A stretch of DNA of 64,000 bases. It comes from an uncultured Gammaproteobacteria bacterium. GTDB taxonomy: Bacteria; Patescibacteriota; Microgenomatia; Woykebacterales; RBG-16-39-9b. The stretch spans positions 811 to 64,810 of the forward strand of contig CAYGGA010000001.1 in the NCBI GenBank assembly GCA_964349395.1, written 5' to 3'. The translations under genes were made by a program, and so were the position numbers. Shown here piece by piece: positions 37,300-45,628 of this stretch. Within the stretch, counting starts at the first letter, position 1. Each line of letters begins with the position of its first letter. A model generated the notes under the pieces. That model had not been told where the DNA came from, did no database searches, and saw only the letters and a list, made by a program, of their open reading frames with translations.

Positions 37300-38535
37300 A
37301 TGACTGAAAAAATTGTTTTTCTGACTATTTGCCTTCTGCCCCTGTATGTTTTAAGAGGAAAAATTGGGGTAATTCCCACTACCTTGCTGGAGGTTTTGGT
37401 TGCTCTCTCAACCTTTTTCTGGGTGTATGACTACTTTAGACAAAAAGTTGGCCTTGGAGCCCTTTTAAAAGCCTTTAAAACACCTTTATTTTTGTCGTCA
37501 GTAATATTTTTAGTAGTAAGTCTCACTAGTCTCCTTTTTAGCCCGGATCTTTTTGCAGGCTTTGGCCTTTATCGAGCTTACATTCTGGAGCCGTGGCTGC
37601 TTTTTGTTATCAGTGTCGATGTTTTTAAGGGTAAGCCCGAACGCCTCGTTCAAGCCTTGATTTTTTCAGCTCTCTTGCTTAGTAGTGTTGCCCTGCTGCA
37701 AGCTTTCACTCGCCAGCCATTTTTTGAGGCGAGTAGGCACGAATTATTACAAGGTAGAGTATCTGGTTTTTACAACACAGCTAATGCTTTGGCTTTATAC
37801 ATCGGCCCCTTGCTTTCTCTACTGCTCTTAAGTCTATTTAAAACTACTTTTTGGATAAAGAAATCTTGGGCTATACTTATAATCTTTGTTTTTCTGGTAG
37901 TTTTGTCATTAACAAATTCATTGGGGGCAATTTTAGGATTGGCATTGGTCTCAGTTTTATATTCAATATTTTTTTTAATCAGGAAAAACTCTACCAGTCA
38001 GAAACTCTTTTTTAAGGGTGTTTTAGCGTTAGTAGTTTTGATTTGTGTCCTATATTTTACTTTCCTTGCCAGTATTTCACATTTTGCTCCCAAGGGTGGT
38101 TTGACTTACCCCAGACCTTATGGGAGTACTGAAATAGTCAGAGTATGTTTGTGGGAAGGAGCTAGGGACTTTTTACTCTCTCACCCCCAAGGTGGAGGTC
38201 TAAGCGGATTCCCCAATGGATATGAAAAGTACCGTACTTGTGATACAGAGCTTTTTCAGTACCCACATAATTTATTCTTAAATTTTTGGACAGAGGTAGG
38301 TTTATTGGGTTTGTTGGCCTTTCTCTACCTAATTTTTAGTTTCATTAGAATGGTTATGAAATCAGCTGCCGACAATTTAGTAAAGCTCGGTCTTTTAAGT
38401 TACTTAATTTACTTGTTTGTCCATGGGATGGTAGATGTACCTTATTTTAAGAATGACTTAAGCGCTCAATTTTGGGTGTATTTAGCCTTTGGAATATTGT
38501 TGGTGAAGAATAAAGAAGTACTTACTGAGAAGTGA
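37300..38535 (+). CDS. O-antigen ligase-like membrane protein (second paralogue)
   Basis: Polytopic membrane protein with the same family pattern as the upstream gene. Confidence 0.45.
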   Translation: MTEKIVFLTICLLPLYVLRGKIGVIPTTLLEVLVALSTFFWVYDYFRQKVGLGALLKAFKTPLFLSSVIFLVVSLTSLLFSPDLFAGFGLYRAYILEPWLLFVISVDVFKGKPERLVQALIFSALLLSSVALLQAFTRQPFFEASRHELLQGRVSGFYNTANALALYIGPLLSLLLLSLFKTTFWIKKSWAILIIFVFLVVLSLTNSLGAILGLALVSVLYSIFFLIRKNSTSQKLFFKGVLALVVLICVLYFTFLASISHFAPKGGLTYPRPYGSTEIVRVCLWEGARDFLLSHPQGGGLSGFPNGYEKYRTCDTELFQYPHNLFLNFWTEVGLLGLLAFLYLIFSFIRMVMKSAADNLVKLGLLSYLIYLFVHGMVDVPYFKNDLSAQFWVYLAFGILLVKNKEVLTEK

Positions 38536-39253
38536 CATTTCTCTCAACTGTAGTTTGGTTGCCAGCACTGTCGATCGCCTGAATTTTGATTTTATTTTCT
38601 CCTGGTGCTATCACTGCTGTGGTATCAAAGGAGTAATTACTGTCCATAATCACTTGGGTTCCATTTACCAGTACGAGCGTATCGCGCTCTGTCTTGCCTT
38701 TCACCCGCACGGTCGTGATTGAGCTGCCCACGATAAGATTTTGAACTGGTTCAGTTACTTCAAGTTTGGGTGGAGTTTTGTCATAAATTATGGTTGCAGT
38801 AGCAGCTTGGGAACTTTGTCCTTCCTTGCCAATAATAACGGCCTTGATTTGGTTTGAAGTTTCTCTCAAGCGGACAGACTCAAAATTAAAGGTCCCATCA
38901 TCTTTAGTAGGAAGTTTACCCACCAAAACATCATTGACTGTTAGCTCAATTTCCTGTTTAGGTTGGGAATACCCTTTGATATCCAAAAGGGCGGAATTGG
39001 TTGCAATCGGTATGATTTCTAAATGAGGCCCAGCCACAAAATCGTCGCTGTCGCGAGCGGTGTCAGAAACTGGATCGCGGTTGCTCAAAAAGGTCCCCAC
39101 GGAGTTTATAAAGCTTGGCCCCCAGAAAAAGAGGAGGAGGATAATCAAGAAGGTAGTGACTACCACCACACCAATGCGGCGGTAAATCAGTTGCTCTTCT
39201 TTTTTAGCACTTGACCTGTAATTGTATTCAGGTAGCCTGCCCCTGGTTGCCAT
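38522..39253 (-). CDS. Membrane-anchored protein with an Ig-like (Big) extracellular domain
   Basis: N-terminal TM (IGVVVVTTFLIILLLFFW) followed by a beta-rich, T/V/N-rich region typical of bacterial Ig-like domains. Confidence 0.4.
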   Translation of the reverse strand: MATRGRLPEYNYRSSAKKEEQLIYRRIGVVVVTTFLIILLLFFWGPSFINSVGTFLSNRDPVSDTARDSDDFVAGPHLEIIPIATNSALLDIKGYSQPKQEIELTVNDVLVGKLPTKDDGTFNFESVRLRETSNQIKAVIIGKEGQSSQAATATIIYDKTPPKLEVTEPVQNLIVGSSITTVRVKGKTERDTLVLVNGTQVIMDSNYSFDTTAVIAPGENKIKIQAIDSAGNQTTVERNVTSQ

Positions 39254-39286
39254 AATTAGTGAAAGTATACCATAGAAAGGCCAATT

Positions 39287-39361
39287 TGGAGCCGCCTCTC
39301 GGAATCGGACCGAGGACCTACTGTTTACGAAACAGTCGCTCTACCACTGAGCCAAGGCGGC
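39287..39361 (-). tRNA. tRNA-Thr (anticodon CGT), CCA encoded
   Basis: The reverse complement folds as GCCGCCT-TG-GCTC-AGTGGTA-GAGC-G-ACTGT-TTCGTAA-ACAGT-AGGTC-CTCGG-TCCGATT-CCGAG-AGGCGGC-T-CCA. T-loop is TCCGATT (C at position 55). Confidence 0.8.
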
Positions 39362-39628
39362 GTAAGAAAAACAGCGAATTTATTTGCTAGCACAACAACT
39401 ACTCTACCACTGAGTTATCTCGGCAATTCAAAACGGCGAGCTTTGCTTGCCAGCACAACAGTCTCTCTTCCGGGGAATTTTTTAACGCTACGGATGGAGC
39501 CTCGCTAAAATTCCCATCCAGGCAAAGCAGTTTGCCTGTCACCACTGAGCCAAGGCGGTTTGGAGCGGGTGAAGGGAACTGCCTTCGCGAGTTTTTGCTT
39601 GCGCAAAAAGCGAACCCTCGACTCTACC
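39362..39628 (-). other. tRNA-like fragments (tRNA pseudogenes or unconventional tRNA genes)
   Basis: Minus strand contains 5'-half-like GCCGAGATAACTCAGTGGTAGAGT and CCGCCTTGGCTCAGTGGT, and two ...GCTCCA 3'-end-like pieces. None gives a complete cloverleaf by hand. Confidence 0.3.
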
Positions 39629-39702
39629 TGGAGCGGGATACCAGAATCGGACTGGCGCCTCCGCCTTGGGAAGGCGGCATACTACCACTGTACTAATCCC
39701 GC
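39629..39702 (-). tRNA. tRNA-Gly (anticodon CCC), CCA encoded
   Basis: The reverse complement folds as GCGGGAT-TA-GTAC-AGTGGTA-GTAT-G-CCGCC-TTCCCAA-GGCGG-AGGC-GCCAG-TCCGATT-CTGGT-ATCCCGC-T-CCA. Confidence 0.8.
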
Positions 39703-39756
39703 ACGAGAATAACTCCGTACTACCGGATTTTATATCATCTTAAATGGGGTAGCAAC

Positions 39757-40440
39757 TTAAGGTATGATTAGGTGTTGTCCAGGACTGATTCCGGGGCGCC
39801 CGTTGGGGAGCGTGCGAATTTTATCTAGGTTAGCATCTCTGATTTTGTACCAATCAAAGCCTGAACCATAAAAATCGACCGCTATCTGCCAAAGAGTATC
39901 ACCGCTCGTGACAACATACTCCACATTTCCACTACTGGCCCTTGGTGCTGGACTGACAGTCGTGCTTGAAGACACTCCTGTTTCTGATTTTGGAATAATC
40001 AGTTTGTTTCCAGCATGGATAATACTGGGGTTAGTTAGCTTACTAGCCTCGGCAACCAGAGTCCATTTTTTAGGGTCATTGTAGAATTTCTGCGCGATTT
40101 TGCCCAAAGTGTCACCTTTCACTACAGTGTATTCTTGATTTTGAGTTACACTAGCTGCCCCACCCGGACTTACTTGAGCCGTAGTTTTTTCTGGAGTTGG
40201 GGTAGGTGTAGAAGTAACAGTAACTAGCGGAGTCTCTGTTGGGCTCAGTTCTGCAGATTCAGTGGCTTCCTCAAAAGTGGTTTCTTGGGGCACAGTATCT
40301 TTATTTACATTCAAAAAGAAGTTAAAGATTAAAAATCCAACCACAATAATCAATAGGGCGGCTAACCCACTGGCGAGTGCTGTTTGTCTTTCTTGGACGA
40401 ACCTAACAATTTGTTGCCAACCTTGTTCAAAACTTGGCAT
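39757..40440 (-). CDS. LysM-domain peptidoglycan-binding protein (two LysM repeats, N-terminal TM)
   Basis: YTVVKGDTLGKIAQKFY and YVVTSGDTLWQIAVDFY LysM signatures. Thr/Pro-rich linker. Confidence 0.7.
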   Translation of the reverse strand: MPSFEQGWQQIVRFVQERQTALASGLAALLIIVVGFLIFNFFLNVNKDTVPQETTFEEATESAELSPTETPLVTVTSTPTPTPEKTTAQVSPGGAASVTQNQEYTVVKGDTLGKIAQKFYNDPKKWTLVAEASKLTNPSIIHAGNKLIIPKSETGVSSSTTVSPAPRASSGNVEYVVTSGDTLWQIAVDFYGSGFDWYKIRDANLDKIRTLPNGRPGISPGQHLIIP

Positions 40441-40769
40441 AAATATTTTAGCTTCCTTTTCTTAGCCTGTCTTGCCTAGGCGCAGGAGTTTTCTGCAAGA
40501 AAAGCTTCTATTTTTAGTAGCAGGTGTTGAGGTAATCTCTCAATATTTTGTGGGGAGGTTGCTTCTCTCTTTAGCTTTTAATATTGGCAGGCTTCCTAGC
40601 AGATGTGAAAGCTGAGGCTTTGGCTCACTTTCATTCTGCTTAGAAGGCAAGGAATATATTTTTGACAAAAGCCAAAAACATATTCCTGGCGCCCTCGAGC
40701 GGATGCCGGAGCTGCGCTCCTGGCTTGCTTCGCAAGCGCGAACCGAATCAGTTCGACCGTTAAGGGTGC

Positions 40770-40804
40770 AAAACTAAAGTAGGTCTACGAACCACTTTAG
40801 TTTT
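40770..40804 (-). terminator. Hairpin immediately 3' of tRNA-Asp, with an 11-bp stem
   Basis: On the minus strand: AAAACTAAAGT-GGTTCGTAGACCT-ACTTTAGTTTT followed by G. Confidence 0.45.
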
Positions 40805-40880
40805 GGCGCCCTCGACCAGATTCGAACTGGCGATCTTCTGCTTGACAAGCAGACATGTTGGGCCACTACACCACGAGGGC
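40804..40880 (-). tRNA. tRNA-Asp (anticodon GTC), CCA encoded
   Basis: The reverse complement folds as GCCCTCG-TG-GTGT-AGTGGCCCA-ACAT-G-TCTGC-TTGTCAA-GCAGA-AGATC-GCCAG-TTCGAAT-CTGGT-CGAGGGC-G-CCA. Confidence 0.85.
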
Positions 40881-41001
40881 ACGCTTAAGGTGGACAGAGT
40901 TTAGCAAATTGGAGTAGGGGAGTCAACCTGGTTTGTTTGACTCAATGTTTAGTGAAGAATATAATTCCCCCAGCACTTTACAAATAAGAGGAGAAACGGC
41001 C

Positions 41002-41727
41002 ATGCAGGCAAAGGACCGGTTGATCGTCGCCTTGGATGTAAACGAGGTGGGACAAGGGTATGACATCATCGAGGACTTGGAGGGTCTAACCGGACCGTTC
41101 AAAATCGGATTGGAGGCGATCAGCGCCAACATCGGGCACACCCTCGCCGATAGTATCATTGGCGGTGGTGAGGAGGTATTCTGGGATGGTAAGTGGTTGG
41201 ACATACCCAATACCGTGGCGGGAGCTGCCAAAGGGTTGCTGACCGATCAACCTGACGGAATCTGGGGCTTCAATGTCCATGCTTCGGGAGGATTAAAGAT
41301 GATGGAAGCAGCGGTCGCCAATCGAGGTGAATCCTTGGTCCTGGCAGTGACCGTCCTGACCTCCTTGAATGAAGATGATGCCCTTCGACTTTATCACCGG
41401 ACAGTTTGGGAAGTGGTAAAAGAATGGGCAACCGAGGCAGAACATTCTGGAGTCCAAGGATTAATCTGTTCACCACAGGAAGCTCGTAGGCTCAAAATCC
41501 TCTTTCCAAAGATGTTCCTGGTAATTCCAGGCATCCGACCCGACTGGGCGGTTCCTCAGGATCAGGCCCGACCAACCACACCCAAGCAAGCGATCCTGAA
41601 TGGATCAGACTTTATCGTCGTGGGTCGACCCATTACCAACCCTCCTGAGGGGTGGACGCGCCGGTCTGCAGCCGAGGCTATCCTTGAGGAGATCGAAGAT
41701 GGTGTACAAGAGAGGGAAAGAGCGTGA
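41002..41727 (+). CDS. pyrF: Orotidine 5'-phosphate decarboxylase
   Basis: KDRLIVALDV, FKIGLE (catalytic Lys) and KWLDIPNTV motifs. AGGAGA RBS before the ATG at 41002. Visibly G+C-richer than its surroundings. Confidence 0.8.
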   Translation: MQAKDRLIVALDVNEVGQGYDIIEDLEGLTGPFKIGLEAISANIGHTLADSIIGGGEEVFWDGKWLDIPNTVAGAAKGLLTDQPDGIWGFNVHASGGLKMMEAAVANRGESLVLAVTVLTSLNEDDALRLYHRTVWEVVKEWATEAEHSGVQGLICSPQEARRLKILFPKMFLVIPGIRPDWAVPQDQARPTTPKQAILNGSDFIVVGRPITNPPEGWTRRSAAEAILEEIEDGVQERERA

Positions 41728-42368
41728 AAACACAGGATGAGATCATCGCAGAGCTGGAAAAAATTGGAGTTGTCCGGTCCGGGCACTTCGTTTTAGCCTC
41801 AGGTTTACATAGTGACACCTTTGTTAGCAAGGACATCATCACCAGCCATCCTGATCTTCTCGATGACCTGGTTTTAGCTCTCATAGAACGCTTGAACTTG
41901 GATACCACTATCTCACCCCAAATCGTTGTTGCACCGGCAGTCGGCGCGATCCTGTGGGGTGGGTTGCTGGCTATGGAACTTGGAGCTCGTTTTGCCTATG
42001 CTGAGAAGGTCGAGGGAAGACTCACTATGCAGCGGGGGTTTGATCAACTTATTGCTCCTGGAACATCGGTTTTGGTAGCAGAGGATATCATCACTACGGG
42101 TGAGTCCGTGAGTCAGGTCATTGGTGCGGTTGAAGCCTTGGGAGGTGAAATCGTAGGAGTGGGATTGATTTGGCTTCGAGGGCAGATTGATCTTCGCTAT
42201 CCAGTCACAGCTTTGGTGGAACAGAATCTTGTAACTTGGAGCCCCTCAGAGTGTGTGGACTGTCAGCGAGGCGTGCCAATTACTGTTGAGTACAACAAGC
42301 ATGGCCGAGAGTTTCTGGAAGAGTACGGTACTGACCCTGCACATTGGCCTGCCAACCAAACTAGCTAG
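41724..42368 (+). CDS. pyrE: Orotate phosphoribosyltransferase (type I PRTase) with a C-terminal CxxC
   Basis: PRPP-binding motif VLVAEDIITTGESV. Translationally coupled to pyrF (GTGA overlap). C-terminal SECVDCQ. Confidence 0.7.
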   Translation: MKTQDEIIAELEKIGVVRSGHFVLASGLHSDTFVSKDIITSHPDLLDDLVLALIERLNLDTTISPQIVVAPAVGAILWGGLLAMELGARFAYAEKVEGRLTMQRGFDQLIAPGTSVLVAEDIITTGESVSQVIGAVEALGGEIVGVGLIWLRGQIDLRYPVTALVEQNLVTWSPSECVDCQRGVPITVEYNKHGREFLEEYGTDPAHWPANQTS

Positions 42369-42435
42369 GATCAGCCCCGCATTATGCATTGCAGAAGCGG
42401 GGTTTAATTTTGCCTGGAAATGGTATTATTTATTC

Positions 42436-44142
42436 ATGGCACATACTTTTACCAACCAAGAAATCGCTGATCTACTCTCCTCCGTCGCTGCCGCATATAC
42501 CCTCAAAGGTTTTAATAGATTTCAAGTCATTGCTTATGAAAACGCTGCTTCAGGAGTGGAACATGCTACTTCTGACCTGAAAGATTTGTGGCAAGATGGC
42601 AAAATTGGCGAAATCCCAGGAGTTGGGGAGCATTTGGAGAAATACTTAAACGAGCTTTTTACTGAAGGTGAAGTTAAACACTTCGCTGAGGTCATGAAAG
42701 GTATTCCAAAGGCTGTTTTTCCACTTCTGAAAGTACCTGGAGTGGGGCCTAAAACAGCTCTAAAGATGGCTGAAGCTGGAGTAGGTAGTGTTGAAGATTT
42801 GAAAGCTAAGATTGAGTCCGGGGAACTATCTAAAAAAGGGTTCAGTGAGAAAAATCTTATTAATATTTTACGTGGAGTGGAGGAGTATTCCAGGAGAAGT
42901 AAAAGATTACTTTTGCCGATTGCGGCCGAAATAGCCGCCACTGTCCAGGAGTATTTAGAGAAAAGTCCTGACCTGCTCCGAATTGAGCCTTTAGGGAGTA
43001 TGAGGCGAAAACTAGCAACGATTGGTGATATTGACTTTGCGGTGGCTACCAAAAAACCAAAAGAAGTTATCGAGTACTTCACCCACTTCCCCGGAGCGCG
43101 AAGTGTGGTGGAAGCTGGAGAATTTTCCTCAACTATTCATCTAAAAAATGGCATCAATGTCGATATTTTGGTTCAGCCACCCGAGCATTACGGCTCACTT
43201 TTGCAGCATTTTACTGGTTCCAAGCATCACAATATCCACCTGCGGAATTACGCTTTAAAAAATGGCTACTCTGTCTCTGAACAAGGAGTAAAAGAGGTTA
43301 AAAGTGGTAAATTGATTGAGATGAAAAACGAGTCTGATGTTTACAAACTGTTGAATATGCAGACTCCCATTCCTGAAATCAGAGAGGACACAGGTGAGAT
43401 TGAGGCTGCTCTCAAGCACACTTTGCCCACTTTTATTGACGAAGGTGACTTGAGAGGAGATCTTCACACTCATACCAGCTGGAGTGATGGTCAAAACACA
43501 ATCAAGGAAATGGCTGATACCGCTTTAAAACTTGGTCGAGAATACATTGCCATTACTGATCACAGCTACCCCAGTCTACGTTTCAAGGACCGAATCAAGG
43601 CTATTGAACAATATAATGACTCACAGAGCGACCTCCGAGTAATATTTGGACTCGAAGTAAACATCAATGCTGATGCAACCTTGCAGGTACCAGATGAAGT
43701 ACTTAAAATGCACCAGTGGAATACGGCTTCCATCCACACTGCTTTTAGGCAGCCAAGAGAAGAAATGACAAGCAGGATTATAAAAGCTCTAGAACACCCT
43801 TATATTGATGCTCTTTCGCACCCGACTGGTCGGCTACTACTTGATAGAGAGGGGATTGATGCGGATTGGGAGAAAATCTTTACAGCGGCAGTAAAGCTAG
43901 GTAAAGTCATTGAAATCAATTCCTTCCCTAACCGTCTTGATTTACCGGACTCTTTAGTCAGAGAAGCAGTGAAATCCAAAGTCAAATTTGTCATTAATTC
44001 TGACTCTCACCAACCTTTTCACTTAGAATTGCTCCCGTTTGGAGTGTCAGTGGCCAGGCGAGGATGGGTAGAAAAAGACATGGTGCTAAACACCTTGCCT
44101 TGGAGTAAATTCAAGAGTATAATAAGGAAAGTTGAAAGTTGA
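42436..44142 (+). CDS. polX: DNA polymerase X-family protein with C-terminal PHP (polymerase/histidinol phosphatase) domain
   Basis: N-terminal PolX lyase/HhH (QEIADLLSSVAAAYTLKG...); Pol beta-like nucleotidyltransferase GDIDFAV; PHP HTHTSWSDG. Start taken as the ATG at 42436, after the pyrE stop. Confidence 0.8.
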   Translation: MAHTFTNQEIADLLSSVAAAYTLKGFNRFQVIAYENAASGVEHATSDLKDLWQDGKIGEIPGVGEHLEKYLNELFTEGEVKHFAEVMKGIPKAVFPLLKVPGVGPKTALKMAEAGVGSVEDLKAKIESGELSKKGFSEKNLINILRGVEEYSRRSKRLLLPIAAEIAATVQEYLEKSPDLLRIEPLGSMRRKLATIGDIDFAVATKKPKEVIEYFTHFPGARSVVEAGEFSSTIHLKNGINVDILVQPPEHYGSLLQHFTGSKHHNIHLRNYALKNGYSVSEQGVKEVKSGKLIEMKNESDVYKLLNMQTPIPEIREDTGEIEAALKHTLPTFIDEGDLRGDLHTHTSWSDGQNTIKEMADTALKLGREYIAITDHSYPSLRFKDRIKAIEQYNDSQSDLRVIFGLEVNINADATLQVPDEVLKMHQWNTASIHTAFRQPREEMTSRIIKALEHPYIDALSHPTGRLLLDREGIDADWEKIFTAAVKLGKVIEINSFPNRLDLPDSLVREAVKSKVKFVINSDSHQPFHLELLPFGVSVARRGWVEKDMVLNTLPWSKFKSIIRKVES

Positions 44143-44168
44143 AAGTTGAAAGTTGAAAGTTGAAAGTT
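44127..44168 (+). repeat. Heptanucleotide tandem array (GAAAGTT)x6 overlapping the polX stop codon
   Basis: Six perfect units counted by hand. The unit contains TGA, so stops occur in all three frames. Confidence 0.8.
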
Positions 44169-44216
44169 GGTACTTAGTGATTTTCAATTTTGAATTTTCA
44201 AGGGGGTGATAGTTTT

Positions 44217-44765
44217 ATGGAAATATGGGTTATTCTAATAGTTTTAGTAGTTCTAGCTCTCTTTGTCTTTGGGCTGTATAACACTTTAGTTACTGCACGC
44301 ATGCGCGTGAAAGAGGCCTGGAGTGGTATCGACGTCCAGCTCAAAAGACGGTCTTCCTTGATCCCAAATTTGGTGGAAGCTGTCAAAGGATATGCTAAAC
44401 ACGAGAAAGAAGTCTTCGAAAATGTTACTAAAGCTCGCAGTGCCATGATGGGTGCAAAAGGACCTGAAGATGCCGCGCAAGCCAACAATATGCTGACTGG
44501 GGCCTTAAAGACTCTGTTTGCAGTCGCTGAGGCCTATCCTGACCTCAAAGCCAGTGAAAACTTCAAAGATCTCCAAGGAGAACTTTCCGACACTGAAAGC
44601 AAAATTGCCTATTCTAGGCAGTTCTACAATTCCAATGTTCTAGATTACAACACCAAAATTCAAGTCTTCCCAAATGTTTTGTTAGCGGGAATGTTTGGTT
44701 TTAAACCAGAGGAATTCTTTGCCGCCACGGAAGAAGAGAAAAAGGATGTTGAAGTTAAGTTCTAA
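44217..44765 (+). CDS. LemA-family membrane protein
   Basis: N-terminal TM plus LemA-family conserved segments ([24 protein letters not shown]...[10 protein letters not shown]). AGGGGGTGA RBS before the ATG at 44217. Confidence 0.75.
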   Translation: MEIWVILIVLVVLALFVFGLYNTLVTARMRVKEAWSGIDVQLKRRSSLIPNLVEAVKGYAKHEKEVFENVTKARSAMMGAKGPEDAAQANNMLTGALKTLFAVAEAYPDLKASENFKDLQGELSDTESKIAYSRQFYNSNVLDYNTKIQVFPNVLLAGMFGFKPEEFFAATEEEKKDVEVKF

Positions 44766-44836
44766 TCTGCCCACTTCCAAGGTAGGATCGCCATTGTTAC
44801 AAGGATAAGGAGCCTGCGTCACTTCGTTACTAAAGG

Positions 44837-44866
44837 AAAACCGTTGCCACTGTGTGCAACGGTTTA
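44837..44866. terminator. Bidirectional terminator-like hairpin (ccgttgc/gcaacgg, 7-bp stem) flanked by A- and T-runs
   Basis: Lies between convergent lemA (+) and the PRTase gene (-). Confidence 0.45.
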
Positions 44867-44881
44867 CCCTCTCCATGAAAA

Positions 44882-45517
44882 TTAATTCCCCCCACCAATG
44901 TGCGGTACAAATGGTGGGTCAGGGCAAAGTGGGCACTTACTTGGATCCCAGATTTGCCAACTCACTTTCACTAGGCTTAGAACCTCAAGTCCCCCAAGAT
45001 CAGCATTGGCAACACTGCGGTCACAGACTGACAAAATCACGACAGGGAATCCCCCTGCTTCTTGAACCGCTCGAAGAATTGGACCCACACTGGCACCAGT
45101 ACTGATAACGTCATTCATGATCACGACTTGGTTACCCTTTACGTAATCGCCGTCTTGGTGCGCAGTCTCTAGATCAACCGCGAATACTTGATCTCCCCTA
45201 GATGGGCGAGTCAGGACTGACCGAAACTCCCTTCTAGGATCAACTCGAATGAGGTATGAGCGAACCGGACTACCCCAGAGACCACCTTCGTTCAATGGTC
45301 CGACAATCGCTTTGGTTTTGATCCCCACCCTATTTTCAAACTCAAGTAGACGCACTACCAAGGAGGAGGCGATTACTTCTTGATACATCCTGGATGTGAT
45401 CAAATTCCGCTGATCAAAGTAGCCGTTGGTGTGGGCTCCGGATGGTAGACTCACATGTGTGTTTTCTACTAGAGCACCACATTTGCGCATTAGATTTGCA
45501 AGCTCGGGCTGGTCCAT
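44882..45517 (-). CDS. PyrE-like type I phosphoribosyltransferase paralogue with a C-terminal CxxC
   Basis: PRPP motif VVIMNDVISTGASV. Same architecture as the pyrE at 41724, including C-terminal SKCPLCPD. G+C-richer by eye. Confidence 0.6.
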   Translation of the reverse strand: MDQPELANLMRKCGALVENTHVSLPSGAHTNGYFDQRNLITSRMYQEVIASSLVVRLLEFENRVGIKTKAIVGPLNEGGLWGSPVRSYLIRVDPRREFRSVLTRPSRGDQVFAVDLETAHQDGDYVKGNQVVIMNDVISTGASVGPILRAVQEAGGFPVVILSVCDRSVANADLGGLEVLSLVKVSWQIWDPSKCPLCPDPPFVPHIGGGN

Positions 45518-45628
45518 CTCTTTTCCTCCAGTTTATTCATGAATATATTGCTCCTTCAGTTTTAAGTCAATGTGGCAGTTGTAATTCCGAATTGAAAAAA
45601 GAGGCTCAGAAAGGTACAATGACAAGAT

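Noticed and set aside
39362-39628. Possibility that the region between tRNA-Thr and tRNA-Gly is RNase P RNA, tmRNA or SRP RNA
   Set aside because: No GGAAAGTCC-like RNase P motifs, no tmRNA tag-reading frame or tRNA-like 3' end with TTCGA T-loop, and no SRP domain IV motif were seen. The fragments resemble tRNA pieces instead.
42253-42435. Upstream extension of the polX ORF (track start 42253) overlapping pyrE by 116 nt
   Set aside because: The extension has no PolX homology and overlaps pyrE extensively. The ATG at 42436 after the pyrE stop gives the canonical PolX N-terminus.
42534-43082. 182-aa minus-strand ORF within polX; also 43255-43494 and 43800-43994
   Set aside because: Embedded antisense ORFs. 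The PolX frame is continuous with conserved motifs.
44127-44168. Possibility that the heptamer tandem arrays (also 46541-46577 and 53513-53575) are CRISPR arrays
   Set aside because: The units are 7 bp with no spacers and no cas genes nearby. They are simple tandem repeats, not CRISPR.
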